From Yuukianura sp. NJ FZ-2021 (taxonomy: Eukaryota): a stretch of 64,000 bases of DNA. Made by a program: the position numbers and the translations under genes. The notes under the pieces were generated by a model. The model ran no database searches and was not told the DNA's origin. It was given only the letters and a program-made list of their open reading frames with translations. Positions within the stretch are counted from its first letter, which is position 1. Every line of letters begins with the position of its first letter. The stretch lies in assembly GCA_046563655.1 (NCBI GenBank), contig CM102290.1, positions 4,402,001 through 4,466,000 on the forward strand, read 5' to 3'. Positions 12,201-25,200 of the stretch are shown piece after piece.

Positions 12201-15112
12201 CAATTTTATGCTGGATGTCATTTGGAAAGTCAAAGCTGGACATCTTGACATGGAGGTGTCCCTTTACGAACCTCTGAAGTGAGTTTGCTCTACGTTTAGT
12301 AATGGTAGCTTTCGATGCGTCACTTTAAGAAAGCCTTTACTGTTTAATTTTTAGGACATTAATTGCTGGTCTAGCAAAATGTGAACTGGTCAATGGGTGG
12401 ATACTAATCTGTCACTTGGGATGGAAACCGCCGCTGACGAACAAGGACCAAATATTTCCTCCGATCCTTCACATTCCGTTGGAAACTCTGCAAAACGAGC
12501 GAGATTTATTGATCAAATATATCTCTAAGTATGCATCGTGATTAAGTTGAAACTGTCGGTTATATTGATTTCCTAACTGTAATTCTATTTCCAGGCTTAA
12601 TTTTTTCGGAATCGCAAGTAAGATCCAATTTGAGGAGAACTGGATGACTTTCTTATCTGTAATAAACTCATTTGGTGATGAGAATCATAATATTCAGGTA
12701 TTGTTCAAGCAGCTATAAAACGATGTGTTCACTGTACAAATAACTTGTTTTTATCTTATTATATTTTACATTGAATTCCAGATCATCATTGTTGGTTTAC
12801 AAGCTCTTTCGATGATGCTAGAACAATCAGTCAAGGTTGTCTATACAATGGATACTTCGACTCGGAAACTGTAAGAATGTATCAAAACGGAACAAGTAAT
12901 GAACATTCAACTAACTGGTCGGGTTTTGATTTTAGAGCCAGCGGTTTGAGAAGAATTAACACATGCTTGAGTGAAATGGAACCTCCAATATGTCAGAAAT
13001 TCTCACCGGCCTTACCGTACGAAGCTCAACTTTGTCTAAATAATTGAAGTATTAATTGGATACATTTGGTTTTTAGACATGGGAATAGTATCAAAACGTT
13101 CAACAACAAGTTTAATGTGGACATCACTTCCTGCATAAGATTCCTCATCGACCTCTTTTCTCAATGGATGCAGAATATTCAAGTAAGGTTGCAACCACTA
13201 ATCCTATCGTAGCACTGAAAGGCTGAATTTTCTTTGTGACTACTAATTTGTTAGGGGAAAATGCCTCTCATTCTCATCAGTAAAGTCGTGGAAAATATTG
13301 TCAATATTTCAAAGTACTTTGACGATACCACACAGTACATATGGATGTTCGACACTCTGATGGAAATTAACAAAGGCTGTGAGAAGGAAGACGATATACT
13401 TTGGACACACTTGATCCATGGAATTTTTGTTGCTGCGTCTAAATTTACTCCAGTGAGCTGAGTTATTGCCTAAAAATTATTATACATGCATTTCTAAAGC
13501 TGCGTTTGATTTAGGAACCGGAAGTTGTAACTTCGCTGGGACAAACGTTAGAAGCAGCTTTGGCCAGTCCTTCAGCCAATGTTGCGAATGCTGCACTGGA
13601 AACGGCCTTGGAGTATTTTCAAAATCAACCAGAATCTCTTCCGCTGCTGAACATTGTGATTCCCTATGTCCTGAACTGCACGCAGCTAAGCGAAACGTAA
13701 ATAATAATGAAATATTTGCGTTAAATCTTTGTTGAGTATAGCCTATAACATTTTCTGTATTTGTACAAAGATTGAACGATACTGAAGGTCATAGTTACAG
13801 TGCTTGGAAGTTATTGCTTTACATTTGGATTCACTGTTCATCAAGTGGAGCTGGTGGAAGTTCGTTTGAGCAAGATATTTTGGGAAATGTGCTAACAGTA
13901 CTGAGTCCCTTGAACAAGGTGCATGTTTCAATTCGGATATTGGTGTTACAGGTACGTTTTCATTTTGTTTTGCTTAACGTTCTTACTACAATTTAGTATG
14001 TGGAGTTTTTATATCAAACAGAGCCTGCGAACAAAAGTGGAGATGGGTGGATTAAAGCCGGAAGTGAAAAAAATTATCACCAAAGTAGCTTTGGACACGT
14101 TTAAAACACCCAACGTTGCTATTTTCTACGAAAGCATCAAGCTGTTCCTTACGATTTTCTACTATGGTTCGTAATCGCCTGGAAAAAGTTTTCTACAGTT
14201 TGAAGAGCCAAGTTATTAAAAAAAAAATTTTTTTTAATTTTTTAAAACAGATTTTGCTGAACTTTACCATATCAGTGACCCAGATCCGGAACTTCTCATG
14301 CAAGTGGTTGAGCGGTCTGAAGTATTATTCTTAACGTGAGTGCAGACGCTTCAAACTAATTACAGCAAGTTTTAGGTGGAGGTTGTTGTTATTAATTCTG
14401 CATTACGTACAACATGTTGCATTGTAACTTTAGGTTGAAAAATGGCAAGAAATTTGCAACGAAAATTGCATCCAAAGTGTTACCCATTCTTGTCACGGAC
14501 TTTCTTCCGCCCTCTGAGATACTGAATCGAGCTATCTCTCAGTTTCTGTCGCCTGCTCAAACAGCTCCAGAACTTCTTGCTCCAACGATAACTCAAGTAA
14601 GCGTCCTTGAAACATTGTTTTTCCATTTCCCAAAAATTACATTTCTCTGGGTGTTTAGATTTTTGAGAAAGCTCGTCGAAAACCTCGAGAAGCAATTCTG
14701 GTTCGTGAATGGATTATCGCTAGCTTGCCAAACTTCATTGCATCTGCTGACGTCTCTCGATCGATGTGGAACCTGACAGTTTTCTTTGTTGGAATCTCTA
14801 CAACGCCGGAAGTTTTCTCACTTCTTCCGTTTGCCCAGTTACGACGGAACCCTGCCCAAATCCGAAAGTTGTTTATCCACTCAGCTCTGGATTATTACTC
14901 AAGTGTAAGAGTACCGAACAAGAATTCAATGGAGATTTTCAATATTTTATTGCTCTGGCTATGTTTTTGCAATTATTCACACTTTTCTTTTGCAGTTGAC
15001 ATCAGAAGAGCAAGAAACGTTCGAGCATATCATCAGGAAGGGACCATTTCCATCCAGTTCCGACAATCCGTATTCCTTTCTTCTAGATCTCATTTATTCT
15101 TTAAAACAGTAA
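3297..15112 (+). CDS. htt: Huntingtin (HEAT-repeat scaffold). About 45-50 exons and roughly 2,700 aa by hand estimate; the 9850-10370 segment is not resolved with certainty.
   Basis: ATG at 3297 gives MDKLLKTIESLK, like the N17 of human HTT (MATLEKLMKAFESLK). Spliced exons 3516-3600, 3685-3783, 3882-4007 and 4093-4246 give [73 protein letters not shown], matching HTT [45 protein letters not shown]. Later HTT-like motifs: DHNVITTSLETLQQLL, NPYWLVK, RSFEPIVITALK, QFEENWMTFL, DFLPPSEILNRAISQFLS, VREWIIASL. The last exon 14996-15112 ends LIYSLKQ*. Confidence 0.93.
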
Positions 15113-15402
15113 AAGTCACGGCAATGCTGACTGACATTACCGAATCAACCAAAACTATCTCAAACATCAATCAATCGTGATATGCGGATTAACCGTAAGC
15201 AAGTTTTAAAAAAAAAAGCAGGTTTCAGATTGATTTTTCAAGTATGCAATGAGTCATAGACGCAACGCGAGCAAAGATTGTCATAGAAAACAATGCAAAG
15301 TACTTGGAACGAAAGTACTAGATTTGTTAACATTCAACGTGTTTAAAATGTTTAATTGACAACCGATTGATTAGACGCGGATATATGTAGAGTTAGAATT
15401 TC

Positions 15403-15408
15403 AATAAA
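15403..15408 (+). terminator. Candidate polyadenylation signal (AATAAA) of huntingtin
   Basis: AATAAA about 290 nt after the htt stop, followed by GT-rich sequence (gattgttgtag...tgttgctgt). Confidence 0.45.
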
Positions 15409-16256
15409 GAAAAGATTTATGATTGTTGTAGAATACTGTTGCTGTAGGCCTGACAAGTAGATTCGTCAAAGTTGTGAGTTTTATGAGAGTGCAGGTCACA
15501 TTCATACTAAAAACTAGTAAGCTACAACTAAAACTACAAACTAGAGGTCAATTTAGCACTTAACATGTTGCGTTTGTGTTGCTTGTCTTTAGTTAGGTGT
15601 ATTAGGGATTGGGAAAAGGCTTTGTTGATACTTACTTTCAACAAAAAGTGTGCACAATAATTTTTTCGTAAACGTACAATTAGATTTGTTAATTTGAGAC
15701 TAAGTTAAGACGAGAAGAATAACCCGGTTGGGCTAAATATGTAGCAGAACAATAATTAAGTGAAGCAGAACAGTAAGACAATAATATTAGAGTGAATTGA
15801 TGACGATCTGAATAGGAATGTGAAAGATGACGAGAGATATTTAGGAGGTGAACTAAATTAACTGAAAAATAAAGTTCGTAAGTACAGTATTTTCTTGCGT
15901 ATAACGCGTACATTCAGTAAAGGTACCAATGGAAAAAACATTTTTTTGGTTGCTGTTCCAAACTTAACTTTCGCTTTCATCTTGAATCTCGTGGATCCCA
16001 AAAGATTCATTTACCCGAGTTTATGTTTGAAATTTGTTGGAAAGTTTTGAACTTGGAACTGACAAAGGAATGCTACAATACAATAACGTTACGAATTAAC
16101 AATGAAGACAAAGGAAAGAATAGGAAATACAGTGACAATGAGTATATTTGTGAGGAAATTTTGAAAGCGTCTGATTTGATAATACCAAAGATGCGACTCC
16201 TTCCTGGCGAACTTTCAAATTCAACATTTTTGTTTCAAAAATGAATGTTTTGAATT

Positions 16257-19200
16257 TTATGAACCAATGGAAGTAGGTGAATTTGATTGGCTCAGGGCGT
16301 AGTTAGACTCTATACGTGACAGGGCCGTTTTCCTCACTTTGTCAACTACTTCCGAAGTGCGGTGCGTTATGCCAAAGATATCTTCGTGATACCGATTGTC
16401 ATCCTATTTAAATTTCAAATATTTTATCCACTTTTTCAATTTTTAAAAATTCAAAATAGTTGTCTTACGCGTAAAGAGAGCATGTAGCTTTCAATTTCAG
16501 TGTCATTCATTTTCCCCTTCTCTTGAACAATTTTCTTAAGTGTTTGATAGACTTCTTCAGCCATCGTGCAGTCTCCACATACATAGACATGTCCATTTTC
16601 CTCCAGAATTTGAGTGGCCAAGTTCTCTTTTTCACGAACGATTAAGTCTTGTACGTATGTCTGAAATTCGGATCAAGGATTTTTGAAATTTGGAATTTTG
16701 AAATCGCTTATTGGTTGTTAACCTTTTTAATAGTAGGTTCACGCGATAGAGCTAGAAATATGTTTCTTAGGATTCCATCTTCCTTCAATTTTTCCAGTTC
16801 TGCGCGGTACAGTATCATTTCCTTAGTTTGGCAACCAAAGAACAGAGTCATTTGACCTAGTTTTGACCTTCCGATGGGGTCAGAAGGTGATTTGGCGGAT
16901 CTCTCTTGCCAAAATCCTCGGAACGGGGCAATGCCAGACCCTGGCCCAACTTCATTTGAAAAAGAACATAAAAAATGTTTTTTTAGTACATTGAGCACTA
17001 AAATAATTTTAGTTAACGGCATACCCATTATGATCGGACGCGTAATGTCACTGGGCATGTGGAATGCGCTGGAGCTGAAATAACAAGTTATAGATATGAA
17101 TGTTGACCCTCGTAAGTTCACGAAATTTCTAAAAATTTGTGTTTCATATTTATGTTTTTGGTGTTTAATTAAAATTCTTACTGCCGCACGAAGCAAGGTA
17201 CTTTAGTTCCAATGGGCGTGTTGTTGAGGTAGTTTGAACAAACACCATAGTGGTTGGGTCCTTCGCCACCCCTTGGACGATATGTAACCACTGCGACGGT
17301 CAGATGGAGTTCATTGGCGTGAACCATTGGAGACGACGACACACTGTAGAACCGTGGTTGTAAAGGTGGCAGCATGGCGCATAAAATTCCAGCGTCTGGA
17401 GACACGGATGGAAACATTGCTAGAACTGCCGCCAAGTCAGGCCAGTGCCAGTTCTTCCAGTGTTCGTACTCATCTGAATCCTGGAGTGCAAAAGGAACCA
17501 TTTTAAAAACTTTGAACATAACCGGAAACTCTTTTGATTCCAAAGTTTTTCTTTTTGTTTTACAAAATAAATAAAAATGAGTCCCGGGGTGGAAACCAAC
17601 CTTGGCTAACATTTCCAAAGTTTCTCGCTCGATGGAATCTGATGCACACCGTGCGAAGTACACGAGGAGATCAGGTCTCGGTGGTGTCGTTATGTCCAGG
17701 AACCGAGTGAGCAAGTCCTGAAGACTCACACACGGAAACCGGTCATGTGGGATCCACTGTTTCTGAACGCCTGGAAAAACGAAAAATATTTTTCAATTCA
17801 ATTTATTTGATTTTGGCCTTTTGCCCTATCAAACACACATCCTGCAGCTCGTTTAAGTTAAATAATAAGTAAGATAATAGGTAAAATAAGTAAAATAATA
17901 AGAAAATAATAAGAAAGCAGCTTAGCGTAGTGAAACTTGTCAATTAGTCACAAAGTTTGAGAGTAGAATTATAATGATGAGTCTAAATTGAATGAAAATT
18001 GGGGTAAGGTTTTGTCTGCGGGTAAATGAGATGTCCTAGGGTTCCTGGTTCCATTGTGTTCCCGGTTCATCGTTCCAGGGTTGGCTCGAACATATTTTTT
18101 ATATATTCGAAAAATATTTTTGATTTTGATTTCTTGAATTTTGAATTCTTTGAATGCGAATTTTGATTTTCGATTGGAAATAATGAATAGTGAGAATCAG
18201 CCAATCAAAGCACGCGTTTTCATTGGCTCTCTGCCTACCCAATGGTGTATGTTTCTCTTCTAGCAGTTCCAGTTGAATTGGTTGTTCATTTGTAAGGGGC
18301 TTATTCACTAGTCGAGCTAGGATTGGTTCAACTAGCTCACGACGATTGTCGGCCATAATTCCCACGTGATCTCCAGCACGGTAGTGCAGCGGGAATTCTG
18401 AGTGCGAAGTTCTGAGAACGACGTTCACGGTTACCCGCCTGAAAATTTTTGCACATAATGGGAATTTAAAAACAGAGTTTTATTACAACAGAAAAAAAAA
18501 TTACACCACTTCTAACCAAGGTTCCTTGACAACCGAATTGTATTTTCTACAACAGGTTGTCCAATTACTCAGGGGTTTCAAAAGTCTTGCTTCAAACAAC
18601 TTTGAGAACCAATTCCATTTAAATTACCTGCAAAAATTACCTTTTCAAATAAATTTTAAAACTTCGAGTTATTGGGCAACCTGGTTTAGAAAAAGTTTTC
18701 TTTTTGTCTACGAACCTTGATTTCTAACACAGTTTTTTTTTATGTTGAAATCTCTTACGATGTTCCAGAAGCGTTGAGATTTGTTCTCTCGATTAGATCA
18801 TAGAGAGCAACTTTTCTACTTGAATGTGACTTCGAGAGAGCTAAAAACCAACATGAAGTTTGCGCAATTCATCTCCAATTTTTCCATTGTAAATTGGACA
18901 AACTTCTTCAATTTTGTATTTTAAAATTTTTCTATATTGTATGGTCATAACTGACCTTTAATTAGCGGATCTGCCTTGGGGGATGGAAAAAGTCTAACAG
19001 TTTCGGGTGACAGAACCGAATCAGTTGGAAGATCCGCCATTGCACTGTCCAAACAAAACGAGTCGCAAGCAGTCTGTTGAACCAAAAAAGAAGCTTGCGT
19101 TAGACACTGTTTTAGAAATTCCTTCAACGTAGGAAATCGTAATTGTCACATAAAAATGTAAGGAGTAAATTTGTTCTCAACCAACCCTAAAGCCCATTTT

Positions 19201-22200
19201 AAGGCCCCCCCTCCCCCAAACCAGATTTATTGAATCTTGGCAAACGATGGGCTTTGAATTTAAACATCTCCCTGATTAATTTTTCATTTGTTCGGGGTTG
19301 TGGAGGAGGGTACTTATTGCATTACTATTGATTCCTTCATGGCTCAAGTCCCCCTTTGTGTACATAATAAATAAAGTATATTTCTAAGAATTCTAGATTT
19401 CTAGTTCCCACTGCTGGACGGGCGTCTTAGAAAAGCGGATCTTCCGCGTCCTGTTTTCCCTGTCTTCCAATAATAATAGATTCTTGAGTGGTTAGAGATG
19501 CGATGAAGCGAAATGACTCAATGATTGGAGATGGTTTCTGCTCTGGACCCAGGATGCTGGGTATCATTGCCATATCTTACCTGAAATATTTCGCAGGCCC
19601 AGAGACGAAAGGCATTGTCTTGCCCACTAAGTTCATCTCCGCACGTTAATTTCATTAGTCGTTCACCTCCGAGCTCTCCCAAGAGGTTATCGACATACTT
19701 CCCAAAAGCACAAAAGTTGGGGTAAGCGCTTGACCCCAGTCCGAAAACGGCGTATCTAACAGAACAATAAGAAAAAATGGTTGTGAGGTTGGTTGATACA
19801 AGTTTAACCACACGAAGAGATTTGTTACAAAACGTCTTGCGTCTCACGTGATGTTGTTAAGAATTCCATGAACATCGGTTGATAGGAGAGCGTCAGAGCC
19901 TTGGTTCCCGCGCAAGGAATCTGACCGGTCAAATTTTCGTTCGAATGATGCTACTGAATCCGTTTGACTGTTCATTTTTATAAAGGATTTTGAGCTGGCC
20001 GTGCTAAGAGTGGAAATAAGATCAGTGAAGATGTTCAAAATGCGTAAATCTTTAAATCCTAAGAAATTTTGCATTTCAACTTGCTTGCGTAAAACCGCGA
20101 CATTTTTTTTTCATAATTTTGACTACAATATAGACGCCCTTAAGTTGAAACTTTGTTGAAAATGGCGAATTGTTAAGTTGGGGAAAGTTAGCCTACTTTC
20201 GAAAACTTACTTGAGTTCATCTCCATGATTCATTTTGAGTTCGTACAAACTTTCTGCAAATGACTTTAAAAGAACATATTGAGATTAGAAGAACTAACTA
20301 AATAACTGTAATGTAAGTTTAAGTAATGATCAATTAATAATTAATTTTCGTTCTCACCACTCCATTCTCTGGTGGATCTCCATTTCCAAAGGTAGAAGTA
20401 ACTACCAACACCAATGTTTCATGTTCGATGTTGATTATGTCATAGTCATTCATGGCGTAGACCTAAAAGCACCCCCGTGTCATCCCCATAATTAAATCTG
20501 CCTCAACATTCCCACATCAAACTACAAGCAGAAGTGAGGAATTTGTGTGTTAAAATCTGACCTGGGCATTGAACGCATGTCCAAAAATTTCGCATAATTT
20601 CCTCGCAAAAAGTTCCGAACGGCCTGTCTCCGTAGCATACAGAATTGTGGCCTTGACTCTCTTTGAAAGCGCTTTTCCAAATAATTTACTTGTGAATTTC
20701 ACGGCTTTGGCAATTTCTTTGAAATGAAATTTCCGGCGACTCAACTTCAATTTCTCGCCACTGTCATTTCCACTTTTTTTCCAAACGTGCGTTTTCCATG
20801 CGGGTATTTGGTACTCATAACTAGGTTTGAGATGATACACGGCCATTTCCTGATGAAAGACAGGCGTTATGGAACCGGACATTGGTGGTACAATCCAAAC
20901 CCAATCGGCTGGACAACCACCCCGAGCTTTCATTTCATTCTCGTAGTGTTTCATAAAAGACTCGGCTGCCGTGTGATGATCTACCATGGTGGCTCCTGCT
21001 TTCTACAAAATCAGTGTAGGGACTTTTAAAACCTACTTTTCTAAACTGCGAAAATCCTAAGATCAAGTGGGATTTATTTGTTGCAAAGACTTTAGTTTTA
21101 GGAAGGCAGTTCTTACTTGGAAACTGTGAAGTACGGCAACGTTAAGCTCGACGAGTGCTCTGTCTTTCCAGAGTGTTGTAGGGTTCCTTGTATCCAGCCC
21201 CATGCCCACCGCCACTTCCTAGTTACCACCATCAAACACTTCATTTGAATAAGTCAATTCAGTAAATATTTATGGAGAGAAGTTCGGGTTTTCGAAACGT
21301 GTTCTGCACTACGGGGTCAAAAAATGTGCTAAGTTCTCTGGTTTTGCAAATTTAGCAACTCGTTTTTTCTCTTGATGAGGTTTTACTCGAGTTGCATTTG
21401 GTGAAGAGTGGGAATCTTTGAAATTTTAAACAAGTTGCACTGATTTTTTACCTCTAGAACGTTGTAGCGATGCAGATCACCTAAATCCCTGCATCCAATT
21501 TCCGTGCCCATGTACCAACCATTGAATGGCGTCGCTGGAAACTCGAGGCCTCCGCAGTCAAAGAGCATTCCTGACACGGCTGGCAGAATATACCACTGGA
21601 GCCCCAAGTCTTTGAACCAGTCCAACCTGTATGGCGTTACAAATCGGATTAGTTAGTCGTAGATGTCGTTTTGAGAATCTCTCTGTACTTAATAGTCAAA
21701 GAGATATTAATCCAGGGATCCGAACTTTGGAAACCAAAAGATCCTGCCTAAAAACTAGAAATGTTTAGGTGGATGAAGCGTCTTACGTGGGATGAGTCAG
21801 TTGGACTTGAACCACCAAATCCGGTGGGATCTCAAAATATTCCGGATCATTTCCGTTGGCTGACACTACTATGGGCAGAATGTCCCATCTGCTTCGTGGA
21901 GCCTTCCAACCGAGCTTGATACACTCCTGTCCAAAAATATAAAAGAAAGAAAGTAGGTAAGATCGATCTTTAGGATTTTTTAAACTAAATTTAAATGTCG
22001 AGTTGCAATGTACGTTGCTCTCTACAAAATCCAAAATTCTCATTTCGCTTTTTTTCCTAATGGAAAGAATGACTGTATTTCTTGTTCCTGGAAATCCAGG
22101 CAACAGGATTTCCAGGCAGCTCATAATCGTAAGGATAAATTATTCCGCAAGGAGAAAGTTACAAAAAGAAAAAGTGGAAAATTCCAAGATTTTCCAAGAA

Positions 22201-25200
22201 CGGCGTCATCACGTTCCTCAAAGTACTTTCTCCCACAGCAAAACGGAAATCTCATCAGATTTCTACTTTCACATTGTTTGTCTCTGATTTCAAAATTTTT
22301 GGAGGTTAGGTTAGTACAAAATTGTTGTGACTTCTGAATCCGGAAATTTCGAAAAAAAGGTTGAATCCTCCGGATGATTGCATTTTAAACCAAGTTCCGA
22401 CTTTGCATTTTTCACAACATCTCCATTGATCCTGTGCTGGAGTGAAGATGAGGGTGAGTTTGTAGTAGGGTTCTAACAGTTTATCGGCCGGTACGTGATC
22501 TTGGAACTCAGCATCCGGTTTGCATATTTTATTACGCGAATCTCAACGCAATTCGTGAGGGAATCGAACCCGCGCCCGTTTTCTTTTCTTTCCGGCAGAA
22601 AAGTCAAAAAAATAAACGTGGTTGGGTGCATAATTTATTAGCGGCGGATGATAGGATTGTGTGGAGACGGTGGGGGGATCTCGACAAGTTCTTTACTGGT
22701 CCATTTGTCAAGTCGTCAGTCGTGGGGGTGGGAGTAACTATGTCGGATGCGCCACTTGAACACAAAAGAAAAACCTACATCTGTGAATTCCAGGTTGAGT
22801 GGATCACCCAAGATCGTTCCATCGGGATTTTTGTAGCCAGCGTATGCCAACAGTGAGGAATTCCAAACTCGGAAATCATGTTCAGGATCCGTCCTCTGGG
22901 GAAAGATGGTGATGGCAGATCTGTTTAGTTGGACAAAACAAAGTCTGTTTAATAAAACTTTCTAAACAACAGGCGTCAGATGATAAGCTTAAAGAATTAA
23001 AGGTACTATTTTTCTAAATTCAAAAAACGTTTGACTTTTAAATCTAAGTCAAAAGTAAAAGTGGCGAACCTAATGTTTCCTTTGTTAGTTCCGTATTTAA
23101 TGTGTTTGCAAATGGCTTCAAACATTCCGGCGGCTGTTCCAACACTCCTTGCATCGAAAACCTAAATTTTAATAACAAATTTTCTTTCGTAAACATAATT
23201 TTATTTGCTAATTTTAATTAACTTTTTGTGGAGGACTCATGATTAATGACTCTGCCATACTTCCTAGCTTAAACAAACGTCGGTTTGCATCCCTGTCAAC
23301 TTTTTCCAAGCAAGTGAAAGTAATCCAAAATCGAATGTTATGCCTACAGTTTTCGAATAAAACTTTAGCAGTAGGTCAATTGAATTTTGTTTGATTCCAA
23401 TGTTAAAATGTATCTAATGATCTAAAAATGTATAAAATGATCTAAAATGCAACTTAATAATGTTAAAATGTTTTTTCCAAAAGTGTTGCAAAGAAAAAAA
23501 ACGACTTGTCGCTTTCTCAAAGTCAACCATCACTCGATTATTCTTTTCACTTCAGAAACGTCTTAAGCTTTCAGAAGAACCTCTAAATTTTTATTTTACT
23601 AAACGGTCTGTCGAACTACAACTTGAAGCAAGTAGTAGCTCTAAGCTTATATGGTTTACCTGAAGTTTCGCCCATTGAATTCTGCCAATGCATCTGACAG
23701 AGTTTCTCCAAGCCAATTTGGCTCCATACACCAGTTCTGTTTCCGTGAGTTCGTATGTACCAGTGTCCTCAAGTTCCTGCAGAACTTGGTCCCATCGTTG
23801 ATTGTGAGAAGTGGAATTGAATCTGTGGATGAATAAGAAAAAAATGAACGAGGGACTAAGGACTCTGGACACTTCCAGAAGATCCAAAGTTTATTTTGTA
23901 TTTATTCTCTCGTTGAGTGTGGATGGACGAGGGAGAAAGTGCTTTCACCCTCCTTGCCAACCCACACGCTTCTCTTTAGTCGACGCGGCTTCAAATCCTC
24001 CTTCACACAAAAATTTGTTCCTGTCTTCCACAACAGCTTGGACGAAGAGTAATTTAAAATGTGACGTAGCGTTAAATCGAAAAATGGAACACGCAGTCCC
24101 TACTTCCTATGAGTGTCCGAGCAAAGTGTTCTTTGTGTAAGCAGTTAGTTACTTCGCCGCAAACATTTTATGATTCAGTTGATTTCAACATACAAAGGGA
24201 CTTGCAATGATAAATGAGCCACCACTTGGTCACTAGCTTCTTCGGAAGCTTGGAAACCTAATTTGTTGGGCACAAATTGCCTCTCATGCTTAAGTCATAC
24301 TTGATCTTTTCCATTTGGAATTAACAATGGCAAAAAAAAAGTTGATTTTGACTTTTTATTTTTCTTTTTCTAAAAAAAAATATGTCAAGAAAATATTTTT
24401 TGAATTAGAGCAAAACTGAAGAAAATTTTCTTTTTTTATCGAAAATTTAACGGATAGAAAGTTGGTAGAAGCTTTCAATATTGTCGACGCTTTTATAAAT
24501 GAAACCTAAGTACCTTATCAACTCTGTATTCTTCACTTGTTGCATTCTATAAGCTGCTAATTCTTTTTCAAAATGCACAGATTAAAGTTTTTTTATAGCA
24601 AGGCGATTTGTGGGATTTAAAAGCAATTAAGTGAATAAATATTGTCGTTTATTAAATTTTTGTTGAAATGGGTGGAATGAAAGGTCTGTTTATTGTTTCA
24701 AAAGATCTTGAAAGAGAAAGTGAAGGGAGACTTTAACGAACCTTTTGATGGAAGTGTAATATTGGTCGAAGAATTCCTTCGCAAGAGCCTTCACTTCTTC
24801 CAATGGGCGCGATACTCCTGCAGGCCGATTGCTGTTCGTGAAGTTTACTAAGCTTCCCAAACACATCTGCTCAGTACATCTTGTCTTCTGTAAATCAACA
24901 ACCAAACAACATTTTTTCAAAATACAATGATTCAAGTATAGAACATAACAAAAAGTCACGCAACAAGAACGGAGGGCGTCGAAATTGGAAAATTTTAAAA
25001 TGGTGTTTGATATTTTTGAGGGTTGTTAGTGATACCCATTTGGATCCATTCAGTATCAAAGCAAGGTTTCTAAATTCAAAATTCATTTATTCTGACTCCA
25101 GTGCGTTCTCCTCTTTTGACCTGATCAAAACCTGGAAATTCAAAGGACTAAAACATAAGTCCATTTCCATTTTGGCACAAGATTACTCCTTGAGGACCTT

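Noticed and set aside
22553..22578. tRNA T-arm / B-box-like GGTTCGATTCCC on the minus strand
   Set aside because: No A-box, D arm, anticodon arm or acceptor stem nearby; at most a SINE remnant.
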